This document shows, piece by piece, positions 9,639-21,064 of a stretch of DNA of 32,000 bases (positions are counted from its first letter, which is position 1; every line of letters begins with the position of its first letter). The stretch spans positions 2,220,001 through 2,252,000 of the forward strand of contig NC_002677.1 in the NCBI RefSeq assembly GCF_000195855.1. The letters run 5' to 3'. The notes beneath the pieces are model-generated. The model saw nothing but the letters and a program-made list of their open reading frames with translations, did no database searches and was not told where the DNA came from. Made by a program: the position numbers and the translations under genes. The DNA comes from Mycobacterium leprae TN. GTDB lineage: Bacteria; Actinomycetota; Actinomycetes; Mycobacteriales; Mycobacteriaceae.

Positions 9639-10292
9639 TTATGCCTGTTCCCTCACGCGCCCCACTGGCCGATCAACGCTTCGCTCTCCCGCCACGCCTG
9701 CAGGATCCCAGCTCCGAGGCAACATACCCGATCGCAGGCCGCGCCGGGCCGCCACCTCATCAGGACGCTGCAGCAGCTTGAGCGCAGCCACGGTGGCATG
9801 CACCACATTGATCGCATTGTCACTGCCCAAGGATTTAGCCAGGATATCGTGCACCCCAGCGCATTCCAGCACAGCACGTACCGCGCCGCCGGCGATAACA
9901 CCGGTACCAGGGCTGGCAGGGCGCAACAGCACCACGCCCGCGGCTGCCTCGCCCTGTACGGGGTGAGTGATAGTGCCATCGATCAGCGGCACCCGGAAGA
10001 AGCTTTTACGGGCCTCTTCTACGCCCTTGGCAATCGCGGCGGGGACTTCCTTGGCCTTACCATAACCAACGCCAACCATGCCGTGTCCGTCACCCACGAT
10101 GACCAAAGCGGTGAAGCTGAATCGCCGACCACCTTTAACGACCTTGGAGACCCGGTTGATGGCAACAACCCGTTCCAGGTAGTTGCCCTTCTCACCATCA
10201 CGGTCCCGATCGCGACCGCCGCGGCTACCTCCCTCGCGCCGGCTACGACCCTCGCGGCTATCACCTAGCAGGCCAGCTGACTGCGCCGCCAT
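9639..10292 (-). CDS. rpsE: 30S ribosomal protein S5 (C-terminal tail apparently in a shifted frame, see findings)
   Basis: 217-aa ORF with an RG/RD-rich N-terminal extension and the full S5 core ([47 protein letters not shown]…[22 protein letters not shown]). Confidence 0.95.
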
Positions 10293-10320
10293 TATAGCAG
10301 CCCTCCAGGCTTGCTTGTCA

Positions 10321-10689
10321 TCAGAAATTCAATCCGTTCTCGCGCACGGAATCGGCCAGCGCCGCGATGCGTCCACCGTAGGTGTATCCGCCACGGTCGA
10401 ATACCACCGTGTTAATGCCAGCGGCCTTGGCCCGCTCGGCGATCAATTGGCCGACCCGCACACTGCGGACTTTCTTGTCACCTTGCAGACCGCGCACGTC
10501 GGCCTCGATCGATGACGCAGCAGCCACCGTAGTGCCGGTGACGTCGTTAACCAGTTGCACGTGAATGTGCCTCGCGGACCGGTTCACCACCAACCGTGGA
10601 CGCTCCGAGGTGCCTGACACTTTCTTGCGCAGCCGCGCGTGCCTACGCAGCCGAGAGACCCTACGAATCGCGGAAACTGACTGCACCAC
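10321..10689 (-). CDS. rplR: 50S ribosomal protein L18
   Basis: 122-aa ORF with a GTG start (…[37 protein letters not shown]…[26 protein letters not shown]). Confidence 0.97.
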   Translation of the reverse strand: MVQSVSAIRRVSRLRRHARLRKKVSGTSERPRLVVNRSARHIHVQLVNDVTGTTVAAASSIEADVRGLQGDKKVRSVRVGQLIAERAKAAGINTVVFDRGGYTYGGRIAALADSVRENGLNF

Positions 10690-10691
10690 GA

Positions 10692-11231
10692 CTACTTACC
10701 TGTTTTTCCGACCTTGCGGCGAATCTGTTCGCCCTCGTAACGCACGCCCTTACCCTTATAAGGGTCAGGACGGCGCAGACGGCGGATGTTCGCCGAGATC
10801 TGACCAACCTTCTGCTTGTCGATCCCCGTGATAGTGAACTTCGTCGGTGACTGAACCGCGAACGTGATACCCTCGGGAGCCTCGATCACCACTGGATGGC
10901 TATACCCTAGCGCGAATTCCAGATTGGAGCCCTTGAGCTGGGCCCGGTAACCGACACCGAAGATCTCCATGCTGACAGTGTAACCCTGCGTCACACCGGT
11001 GACCAGGTTGGACACCAAAGTGCGCGACAATCCGTGCAGCGAGCGGTTGCGCCGCTCATTGTCGGGACGGGTGACCACGATTGCACCTTCGTCGTTGCGC
11101 GCCAACATGATCGGCTCAGCGACCGTCAAATCCAGAGTACCCTTGGGCCCCTTCACCAAGACGTTTTGACCATCGATCGTGATGTCGACTCCGGCGGGGA
11201 CCGGAATCGGCTGCTTACCAATGCGCGACAT
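10692..11231 (-). CDS. rplF: 50S ribosomal protein L6
   Basis: 179-aa ORF ([33 protein letters not shown]…[27 protein letters not shown]). Confidence 0.97.
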   Translation of the reverse strand: MSRIGKQPIPVPAGVDITIDGQNVLVKGPKGTLDLTVAEPIMLARNDEGAIVVTRPDNERRNRSLHGLSRTLVSNLVTGVTQGYTVSMEIFGVGYRAQLKGSNLEFALGYSHPVVIEAPEGITFAVQSPTKFTITGIDKQKVGQISANIRRLRRPDPYKGKGVRYEGEQIRRKVGKTGK

Positions 11232-11256
11232 GATCGTTTACTCCATGCTCTCACAG

Positions 11257-11655
11257 CTACCACACGTACGCGAGGACTTCGCCGCCCACACCCTGCCTGG
11301 CTGCCTGACGGTCGGTCAGCAGGCCTGAGGAGGTCGAGATGATGACCACGCCCAGACCGCCCAGCACACGCGGCAAGTTGATCGACTTCGCATACACCCG
11401 CAACCCCGGCTTGGACACCCGGCGCAAACCAGCGATGCTACGCTCCCGGCTGGGTCCGTACTTGAGTTGGATGATCAATGACTTGCCGACACGAGCGTCT
11501 TCGGTACGGAAGTCTCGGATGTATCCTTCGTTCTTAAGGATCTGGGCGATGTTGGCCTTGATATTGGAGTGCGGCACAGTCACTTCGTCGTGATACGCCG
11601 AATTGGCGTTGCGCAGACGTGTCAAAAAATCTGCGATCGGGTCCGTCATGGTCAT
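11257..11655 (-). CDS. rpsH: 30S ribosomal protein S8
   Basis: [25 protein letters not shown]…[10 protein letters not shown] prefer ATG 11655 (132 aa) over the ORF-track start at 11670. It matches the conserved S8 N-terminus and is preceded by AGGAG with a 5-nt spacer. Confidence 0.95.
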   Translation of the reverse strand: MTMTDPIADFLTRLRNANSAYHDEVTVPHSNIKANIAQILKNEGYIRDFRTEDARVGKSLIIQLKYGPSRERSIAGLRRVSKPGLRVYAKSINLPRVLGGLGVVIISTSSGLLTDRQAARQGVGGEVLAYVW

Positions 11656-11737
11656 GACAGCTCCTGTCACCTTCCTCGCGGTGGTTCCCTGTGCTCAGGA
11701 CTGCCCGCGTTAGTCCTGTAGGCCATGTGTTGGGCCG

Positions 11738-11923
11738 TTACCAGCTGCTCTTCTGCACACCGGGCAACTCACCCGCATGCGCCATCTCGCGCAGGCAAAT
11801 CCTGCATAGCCCGAATTTGCGGAACACTGCACGCGGGCGACCGCACTTGCTGCAACGAGTGTAACCGCGCACCGTAAATTTTGGCTTGCGTGCGGCTTTG
11901 TTGACTAGTGCCTTCTTCGCCAT
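11738..11923 (-). CDS. rpsN: 30S ribosomal protein S14, short zinc-ribbon (type Z) form
   Basis: 61-aa ORF with [20 protein letters not shown], the paired CxxC motifs of the zinc-binding short S14. Confidence 0.96.
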   Translation of the reverse strand: MAKKALVNKAARKPKFTVRGYTRCSKCGRPRAVFRKFGLCRICLREMAHAGELPGVQKSSW

Positions 11924-11928
11924 CTACT

Positions 11929-12492
11929 TCAGTTCTCCTTGAACGGAAAGCCGAGGGCCCGCAACAACGCTCGTCCTTCATCGTCGGTCGTCGCCGAGGT
12001 GACGACGTTGATGTCCATGCCGCGAACCCGGTCGATCTTGTCCACATCGATCTCGTGGAACACCGACTGCTCAGCCAGCCCGAAGGTGTAGTTACCGACA
12101 CCGTCGAACTGCTTAGGCGACAACCCACGGAAATCACGAATACGTGGCAGCGCGATCGACGTAAGCCGGTCCAGGAATTCCCACATCCGGTCGTCACGCA
12201 ACGTGACACGGACACCGATTGGCATGCCCTCGCGCAGCTTGAATTGCGCGATAGACTTCCGCGCCTTGCGAACCTCGGGTTTCTGCCCGGTGATCAGCGC
12301 CAAGTCACTGACTGCACCGTTGATTAGCTTGGCATCCCGGGCTGCGTCACCAACTCCCATGTTGACGACGACCTTCACCACGGTCGGGATCTGCATCACG
12401 TTGCCGTAGCTGAACTGCTTGTTCAGCGCCTCCCGAATCTCGCTGCGGTAGCGCTGTTTAAGGCGCGGCTGCACTTTTTCTGCGGTACTCAA
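11929..12492 (-). CDS. rplE: 50S ribosomal protein L5
   Basis: 187-aa ORF (…[50 protein letters not shown]…). Confidence 0.97.
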   Translation of the reverse strand: MSTAEKVQPRLKQRYRSEIREALNKQFSYGNVMQIPTVVKVVVNMGVGDAARDAKLINGAVSDLALITGQKPEVRKARKSIAQFKLREGMPIGVRVTLRDDRMWEFLDRLTSIALPRIRDFRGLSPKQFDGVGNYTFGLAEQSVFHEIDVDKIDRVRGMDINVVTSATTDDEGRALLRALGFPFKEN

Positions 12493-12810
12493 TCAGATAT
12501 CCTTGCCATTGCGCTTGGAAATACGAACTCGCTTGTCGGTCTCCTCGTCTACCCGGTAGCCGATGCGGGTGGGCTTGCCGTCTGAGTCAACCACCATCAC
12601 ATTGGAAACGTGGATCGGGGCCTCCTGGGTGACGATTCCTCCTGCTTGAGCTCCGCGCTGGTTGGCTGAAATCGCAGTATGCTTCTTGATCCGGTTGACC
12701 CCCTCAACCAGTACCCGGTTACGGGCCGGGTAGGCCTGCAACACTTTGCCTTTGGCGCCTTTGTCTTTCCCCGCGATAACCAGAACGGTATCGCCCTTGT
12801 GAACCTTCAT
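12493..12810 (-). CDS. rplX: 50S ribosomal protein L24
   Basis: 105-aa ORF with a KOW motif ([28 protein letters not shown]…). It abuts rplE and rplN with no spacer. Confidence 0.97.
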   Translation of the reverse strand: MKVHKGDTVLVIAGKDKGAKGKVLQAYPARNRVLVEGVNRIKKHTAISANQRGAQAGGIVTQEAPIHVSNVMVVDSDGKPTRIGYRVDEETDKRVRISKRNGKDI

Positions 12811-13179
12811 CTACAGCACCTCCGGAGCCAGCGAGATGATCTTCATGAATCGTTTCTCACGAAGTTCGCGGCCGACCGGCCCGAAGATGCGAGTTCCGCG
12901 CGGATCGTTGTCAGGCTTGATGATCACAGCAGCGTTTTCATCGAACTTGATGTAGCTGCCGTCGGGACGCCTGCACTCTTTGGCGGTGCGTACCACGACG
13001 GCTTTGACGACATCTCCGCGTTTGACGTTGCCGCCAGGAATAGCGTCCTTGACGGTGCCGACGATGACATCACCAATGCTGGCGTAGCGTCGGGACGAGC
13101 CGCCGAGCACTCGTATGCACAAGATCTCCTTGGCGCCGGTGTTGTCGGCCACCTTCAGTCGCGATTCCTGCTGAATCAC
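12811..13179 (-). CDS. rplN: 50S ribosomal protein L14
   Basis: 122-aa ORF ([50 protein letters not shown]…). The GTG start is preceded by GGAGA. Confidence 0.97.
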   Translation of the reverse strand: MIQQESRLKVADNTGAKEILCIRVLGGSSRRYASIGDVIVGTVKDAIPGGNVKRGDVVKAVVVRTAKECRRPDGSYIKFDENAAVIIKPDNDPRGTRIFGPVGRELREKRFMKIISLAPEVL

Positions 13180-14744
13180 TCGATCTCCTGACCTGGTTCA
13201 CAATATGCACGGCAGGAGGAACCCACAAAACCTGACGTGCGCGGTCTTTTGTCGCCGAAGGACCCGCGAAGCCAGCTTGCAGGCTCGCCGCTTACGCATG
13301 CCGGCCGCGGCCAGCACGAGGCAACCACTAGAGTTTAGGGGATGACCAACTCGGAGCCAAATTCTGACCACAGCCATCTAAAACGTCGCTGGGTTATCGG
13401 TTCCGGGTGGGCCGGTCGGAGGTAGCTCGAGCACTCAGCCCGCCGGACACAAGCCGTGTGGTTGTGTCGGCGTTCGGTGGCTATGCGATGGGCCCGGTCT
13501 TGCCCGCGAATACGGCGGCGTTGGGCACCAAAGCGCTCTGGTTGCCTCAGTAAAATTCAGTAAAGGACCGGCTTCGGTGCCAGCATACCGGCCGGTGGAC
13601 AGGCACAAACTCGGAAACAGCAGCGCGCTGCCCGACGCGGTGACGTCGGTTCTCTCCGATAGCGAGAGCAAAGTCGTCCTTCCGTCGGGCATCTACTGGC
13701 CACCACCAGCCCCAGAACGTCTTCACCAGATGGTGGGTTGCAGGCAAGAGCACTGCAAGTTGAACCCATGCGTTGGCCAGCCATCGGCGTACGCAATGGT
13801 GTAGTTGAGATCGCAGTTCAGACAGGCTGGCAACAGCTGTGCCAACGACACGTCAAATACTGGCAGAGCGCACAAAAGCTGCCAACGTCCTCAACGGCAC
13901 ATACCCCGGCTCGGGCGGAGCATCGGTCGGGTGGACCAACGACACCAACTTGGACCAACTTATAAACCAGCGCTGCAACGACGTCGAGTGCGATAAGCTC
14001 ATCAGCGTCCAATTGGGACGCCGGCGCCGAGCCGCCGCTCTCGATCATGACTTGCTCAGCAATCATTATGAATCACCACAGACGTTGAGGCAGGTCACTT
14101 CCCAGCCACACAGTCGTGCCGGCCGCAACAACACCCTAGCCGATCAGCACCGGACCCCACCAACGACGGGCCCAAACGTCAGCGCAGCAGCGCTGCTCAG
14201 GACCTCTTAGATCATACCCTCACACATCCATCGTGGCCGCCAACGCGGTCAACCGTTTAGCGAAGGCGTGCGCGTCGAGAGTCAACAGGCTGCTGTGGAT
14301 CCCCGAGACACCCTCTGCGCAATCCTCAAGCCACATCCCGCGATCGACCTGACACTGCGCACACCGCATCGGCCTTAGCCACGATTGGCCGGCCAGCCGA
14401 CCCCTGAGTCATCGACGACCAACGCGGCATCTTGACGACAGCCAGCTGTTCAGGACCAACAGCATCGTCTAGTAGCGCAACCGCACGGCGGGATCGGTGT
14501 TCACCAGGGCGGGCTTACGGTCCCACTGTGGCTCGTAGGTCAACAAGGTCGCCCGATCCAGCAAAATCGAACGCACTCCCGAAGAATCAAAAGCCCTTTC
14601 ACCGTTAGCCAGCTCCGCTGATTTGGCCAGAACGAGGACACCGATACCGATTGATTGCCAGAAGCCACCCCTTTTGCGATTTCTGCGGCGAAACCGCGGT
14701 GTACACCGATCGCGTCCGCCAGCTCAGTCCAGCAGAATCCAAGA

Positions 14745-15610
14745 TCCGCCACGCAGCGAAATCCGATGTGAGTGGTAGCGGTATCCTATGACTGTGACAA
14801 CCGCGCAGCAAGTCGGTACCGGTATCAGTATTCCGGTGCGCACAAATACGAACCACCCTTTAACGTTTGACCGATACCGGAATCCATGAAGCCACGGTAA
14901 ACAACAGGCTTTTAGGCCGATGGTGCGCGTAACATTCGGTGGTGGTCCACTCCCACACGTTGCCGATCATGTCCACCAACCCGAAAGGGTTGGCCAGGAA
15001 AGCCCCACGGTGAGGTTCCCATCCAGCCGAGCATACCGTCGTTCTGACACAGGAACCTACCCTGCCAGGTGTTAGCCATCAGTTGACCGTCTGACCCGGC
15101 CTCGTCACTCCCCACGATTAGGTAGTCGCACTCCCGGCGCGGGCGGCATACTCCCACTCGTCCTCGGTCAGCCAACGCCACCCGGTTCATCGCGCGTACG
15201 CCGTGGAGTCGGGGTATGCCACCTGGCCAACTGGGTGATGGCGCGGGCGACGGCGCGACCGCTGGAGGGCTATCTGGACTCTCCGGGTGATCCGAACCAA
15301 ACGGATGACACCAGTTAGCACCCAACACCCATACTCCCACCACTGCAGCCAGTCGAGCAGGTCTACCAGGGCCGATGTCGGGCGGAAAACCATGGCACCA
15401 ACACGCAGCTCATCGGATACTATTCCGGAGCACAGCGCCGCATCGATCGGCTACTTAACGAATTCGGCGAACTGCGTATTCGTAACGGGGTGCCACTCCA
15501 CCGCGAAAGAACCTACGGTCACAGTATGTACCGGCACCTCTTCGGGGTAAAAACTCGTCGAGCCCATGCGAGAATGATCCGGCCGGCAGCTCGATCAACT
15601 CGGTGAGCAC
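14745..15610 (-). pseudogene. Formylglycine-generating enzyme (sulfatase maturase, Rv0712-like) pseudogene
   Basis: Cross-frame reading from GTG 15610 gives the following. VLTELIELPAGSF, then a frameshift. FYPEEVPVHTVTVGSFAVEWHPVTNTQFAEFVK, then TAG (15453-15451). …GANWCHPFGSD…MANTWQGRFLCQNDGMLGWMGTSPWG (ORF 14912-15343). …LKGGSYLCAPEY, then TGA (14827-14825), then YRYRLAARLSQS, stop, DTATTHIGFRCVAD. Confidence 0.8.
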
Positions 15611-15619
15611 GACTTAACA

Positions 15620-17472
15620 AGTAGGACGACCGCAGAGTACCGTAGCACGCCGCTTTTCAGCGCGCTTCAGTCCCGACCCCGGAACCACACCACGATTAAC
15701 AGTCTCATCGCCACCACCAATCAAAACACAACAGCTTGGTCTATCTACGAGCCCGACAGGGTAGAGCCCGGAAAGAAATTGTTCAGCGGGACGATGGCGA
15801 ACGGGACCACAGTGTACCACGTTGCGAACTGCGGAAAAAAATTCTTCCTGCCCAATGCCATTAGAATGGGCATCACCAGCACCAGAGTAGGCAGACTGAC
15901 GAGGACCAGGCAGATTCCCAGATCGAAAAGCAATGACCCCTTGGCTCTCTGCAAGGTGACGATCACATCGTCAGAATCATTTGAGGCTTCGCTGACTCTG
16001 CGCTCGGTGTAAACAGCCCAACCGTACAACGATCCGGCTACTTCGACCCGAGCATCTACGTATCACCCCACTCCCAACCAACACGTCAAATGTCGCAGAC
16101 GTTAACGTAGTTGTTGCGGATCTTCCCACGCGCCACAATACCATTAGACCACGAGATGACTGTCGGCCGGACGATACCACCCTCATGCGACACGTAACAC
16201 TTATACTCCTTGTGGGGTTGTAGGGCGTCTTGGAAGGCCATCGCTCCACCCAATCAGGTAATGGGTTCTAGGTCTCGGGCCCACCAAGCCGGTTAAGAAA
16301 CTCCAGGCTCTCTTCCACGGTGTCGATGTAGCCGTTGAAGAACTTGCTCTCGTTGACCAATCCACTTTGCCGACTCTCATCTCTGGCTCCGTTGCCAGAG
16401 ATCACCACGATGATGGTATCCAGCGGATCAAATTACTCCAGCTAGTCTAGTATCCAACCGATCTGCGCATCGGTGTAGCTCAAAAAAACCGGCTAACACC
16501 TCAGCCATCCGGCTGAACAACTTCTTCGCTTCATCGCTGAGCGAGTTCCACGGACGCACCGTGTCCCGAAATGGCCACGGCAAACCGTCCGGTCCCTTCA
16601 AGCACTCCCTTCAAGCACTGGAGGGGTGACCGGCAACAGCTTGGTATCCAGCGGCACGACGATGTCCATCGACTTCTGCTTGTCCAGCACAACCTCACGG
16701 TAACGCTCGTAGCCATGTTTTAAAGCGGCTGGCGTACTTATCAGGCCATTCTTTGAAGACGCGATGCGGCGCATGCCCGGCGCCCGGGCAAACATAGCTA
16801 AACCACGGTTTTAGTCAACGTGATCATTGGCATCACGGATGAATTCAATCGTTTTATCAGCAATATCCTTTGGACTTTCGGACAGGCAATAGCCGCCGCC
16901 GGAAGTGGCCGGTGATGTCATCAGGTCAGTATCGGTACACCCAGCCGGTATACCACTGATCGGTTTCCCGCCCATAACCACGTACAATCGTGCGAAGTCG
17001 GCCAGTGCCGCTCGGTCGATGCCAGATTGGACTCTTCCAGCGGTGCCAGATGCCATTTGTCAACACAGTAGGTGTTGTAACCACGTTCGGCGAGCACCTA
17101 TGAGATCAGCGTGGTGTCTCCCGGGATCCGTGCGTTGCAGTTAGGGAAAACGGCGGTGCATTCTTCGATGGTGACCCGGCCCACGGTAGTGGCGTTGCGA
17201 CCAGTCAGCAGGGCAGCCCTGGTCGTTTAGCACAGCGCGGGCGGTGTGAAACTGCAACAGCCGCACACCGCCGTTTGGCAATCAGCATTATTGCGGGCAT
17301 CTCAACCAGGGGCCCCCGAAGCAGTCCCAGGTCGCGACACCAGTGTCATCCCAGAGCAGAGTAAAGGATGTTTAGCGAATTCTCCGGTGTCCTCGGCACT
17401 GCGCACGGGCGGAGCCCAATCTGGCTCCGAATCACAGATGTCCAGATCGATCTGGCCGTTAAATTCCGCCAT
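15620..17472 (-). pseudogene. atsA: Arylsulfatase pseudogene
   Basis: Cross-frame reading from ATG 17472: MAEFNGQIDLDICDSEPDWAPP… then …FTPPALC, TAA, TTRAALLTGRNATTVG…YNTYCVDKWHLAPLEESNLASTERHWPTS… then …DIADKTIEFIRDA… then …GYERYREVVLDKQKSMDIVVP… then …WPFRDTVRPWNSLSDE… then …HEGGIVRPTVISW…. There are many frameshifts and stops, and the region is about 0.5 kb shorter than a full-length homologue would need. Confidence 0.8.
16593..16619. repeat. Perfect 13-bp tandem duplication (cccttcaagcact x2, plus 1 flanking base) inside the atsA pseudogene
   Basis: Positions 16594-16606 and 16607-16619 are identical. The unit length is not a multiple of three, so the duplication itself shifts the frame. 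Confidence 0.95.
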
Positions 17473-18348
17473 CGTCAGCCTCGCTCTCGTTGTGAACTTA
17501 CCTGCCAAGCGCGACGTGAAGACTACACCTGAACATGGCGGTAGTCCGGGCATCGAGGCCTCGGCCTGATCACATAACGTCGCCAACCAGCTAGCGGCCG
17601 CACCATACGACATACATAGAGATCTGTGGCGTCCCACCACGTTGACGGACGGCGAGACATCAGACCGCCATCGACGTCCTCGGTGTCGTCATGGCGTGCC
17701 ACCGAGTTCCAAAAACAGCTACCGCAATACCCGCAGCTCCATCCGGGCCAGGGTTAGGCTTTCGGGCGATCTAGAATTCGGTGGTGCAGTTTAACACGCT
17801 GACGTCGCAGTTGGCCGAGCCCGCCCACCGATCGCGATGGATCTCAAACAGTGGAGCTCATATCGTTCCAACATCGCGCTGATGTGCACGTGGCCGCCTC
17901 CGGATACACATCACACGCTGGTCTATTAAGGCCACCGTGGCACTGTCGGCATTTGCCGATTCAGACGGGACACACCGCGGATAGCAGGCCTGGACGAGAA
18001 GAAATTGCTCAGCGGGAATCTGTCCGCGTGTATAAATCAAATCCCCACCGGCGAGTCAGGAGCACAAGCTAGTGCTCGGCGCTACCGGGTGTGCGCCGAA
18101 AGTTCAAAACTCAAGCCACCTGACAATAGGTTCACTCAGTGATCTCATCAAGGCAGAGAATGAGAAACGAGTAGCCTAGTTATCATTCTAGGAACAAAAA
18201 CTCGGTGGGACATTGGAATCTTACCTCCCGAAAGGGTGAATGATGTTAGCATGCATACAAATATATGCATGCAGAAACGTGTTGTCCAACAGGCAGGGCC
18301 AGCGACCACAAGACACATTAAGTCGACCCCGCTGTTAACGAACAGACC

Positions 18349-18732
18349 CTACTTGGCCTTTTCGAGGATCTCCACCAGCCGCCACCGTTTGGTCGCCGAT
18401 AGAGGCCGCGTCTCCATCAGCGAAACACGATCACCAATGCCCGCAACGCTGTTCTCGTCGTGCGCCTTGACCTTCTTGGTGGTACGAATGATCTTGCCGT
18501 ACAAGGGATGGCGCATGCGGTCTTCCAGTTCAACCACAATGGTCTTCTGCATCTTGTCGCTCACTACATAGCCAATGCGCATTTTACGTCCCCCACGTAC
18601 CTTCGGAATACTCGGAGTGTGCTTGGGACCCTTGTCTTTTGATACGCCACCCTTGACAGCTCCTCCCTTAGGAGCGGCTGTGGTTGCCGAGGGCGCTGCC
18701 TTAGCGCTGGTCTTAGCTTCTGCTGCCATCAT
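18349..18732 (-). CDS. rpsQ: 30S ribosomal protein S17 (with mycobacterial Ala/Lys-rich N-terminal extension)
   Basis: 127-aa ORF ending …[76 protein letters not shown]. Two adjacent ATGs (18732, 18729) both overlap the rpmC TGA. Confidence 0.96.
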
Positions 18733-18971
18733 GATTCCTCACCATTAGCACCACCGGGTCCAGAGGCTAGACCCAATTCCCGTTCACGCAGCACGGTGTA
18801 AACACGCGCGATCTCATGACGAACCGTACGTAGCCGTCGGTTGTTGTTGAGCTGGCCTGTCGCCATTTGGAAACGCAGATTGAATAACTCTTCCTTGGAT
18901 TCGCGCAGTCGCTCAATCAGCTCCTCGTCGGTGAGCTCACGCAGTTCGCCAGGGGAAATTCCCACTGCCAT
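18729..18971 (-). CDS. rpmC: 50S ribosomal protein L29
   Basis: [67 protein letters not shown]…. I use ATG 18971, which overlaps the rplP stop as TGATG. The ORF-track start at 18974 is a TTG one codon upstream. Confidence 0.95.
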
Positions 18972-19387
18972 CAAAACTGCTCCTCTCGGGTTACGATGCG
19001 TGCTTTGATCGGCAACTTGTGGATTGCGCGGGTGAGTGCGGCCCGGGCAGTCTGCTCATTCGGGTAGCTGAGCTCAAACAGCACTCGACCCGGCTTGACG
19101 TTGACCACCCACCACTCCGGTGAGCCTTTACCCGAACCCATTCGGGTCTCAGCAGGTTTTTTGGTCAGCGGGCGATCCGGGAAGATGTTGATCCACACCT
19201 TGCCACCACGCTTGATGTGTCGGTTGATGGCGATACGAGCGGACTCGATCTGGCGGTTGGTGACGTAGGCGTGCTCGAGGGCCTGGATACCGTAATCACC
19301 GAAATTCACCTTTGTGCCGCCACTAGCGATGCCGCGCTGGCGCGGATGGTGCTGCTTACGATGCTTGACTTTCCGGGGAATCAACAT
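18971..19387 (-). CDS. rplP: 50S ribosomal protein L16
   Basis: 138-aa ORF ([71 protein letters not shown]…). Confidence 0.97.
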   Translation of the reverse strand: MLIPRKVKHRKQHHPRQRGIASGGTKVNFGDYGIQALEHAYVTNRQIESARIAINRHIKRGGKVWINIFPDRPLTKKPAETRMGSGKGSPEWWVVNVKPGRVLFELSYPNEQTARAALTRAIHKLPIKARIVTREEQF

Positions 19388-19390
19388 GAT

Positions 19391-20759
<1,369 letters not shown>

Positions 20760-20763
<4 letters not shown>

Positions 20764-21041
20764 CGTCGTTTGGCCTTCCGGTCATCCTTGATGTGTCCCT
20801 TGAAGGTGCGAGTCGGCGCGAATTCGCCAAGTTTGTGACCCACCATTGCCTCGGTAACGAAAACCGGAACATGCTTGCGTCCGTCATGGACCGCAAAGGT
20901 ATGACCAATGAAGTCCGGAATAATCGTTGACCGGCGCGACCAGGTCTTGATGACCTGCTTGGTGTTCTTTTCGTTCTGAACGTCGACCTTCTTGAGCAGG
21001 TGGTCGTCAACGAACGGACCCTTTTTCAAGCTGCGAGGCAT
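20760..21041 (-). CDS. rpsS: 30S ribosomal protein S19
   Basis: 93-aa ORF ([62 protein letters not shown]…). Confidence 0.97.
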
Positions 21042-21064
21042 AGTTTGGCTACTCCTAAAACGTA

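Noticed and set aside
9639-9745. Programmed ribosomal frameshifting or recoding to recover the ancestral S5 tail
   Set aside because: Two separate shifts (-1 and +2 nt) would be needed. I see no slippery heptamer or downstream structure. Simple mutational replacement of a dispensable tail is the more economical reading.
9250-10268. 238-aa and 212-aa plus-strand ORFs opposite rpmD/rpsE
   Set aside because: They are antisense shadows of highly conserved ribosomal-protein genes. They show no family resemblance, no SD, and the composition is typical of out-of-phase GC-rich sequence.
12679-13191. 170-aa plus-strand ORF opposite rplX/rplN, plus similar ones at 11908-12327, 19217-19681, 21074-21628 and 23463-23870
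   Set aside because: The reasoning is the same. All lie antisense to intact ribosomal-protein genes and have no recognisable domains.
13839-14210. 123-aa plus-strand ORF (…NGTYPGSGGASVGWTNDTNLDQL…) as a gene or pseudogene
   Set aside because: I have only a vague impression of a secreted or phosphoesterase-like sequence and no motif I can name. There is no SD. I left it uncalled inside the unassigned-region finding.
15745-16029. 94-aa hydrophobic ORF (…LFDLGICLVLVSLPTLVLVMPILMALG…) as a membrane-protein gene
   Set aside because: It lies inside the C-terminal part of the atsA pseudogene, flanked by sulfatase-derived sequence in other frames. It has no SD and no family resemblance, so the hydrophobic run is probably an out-of-frame artefact.
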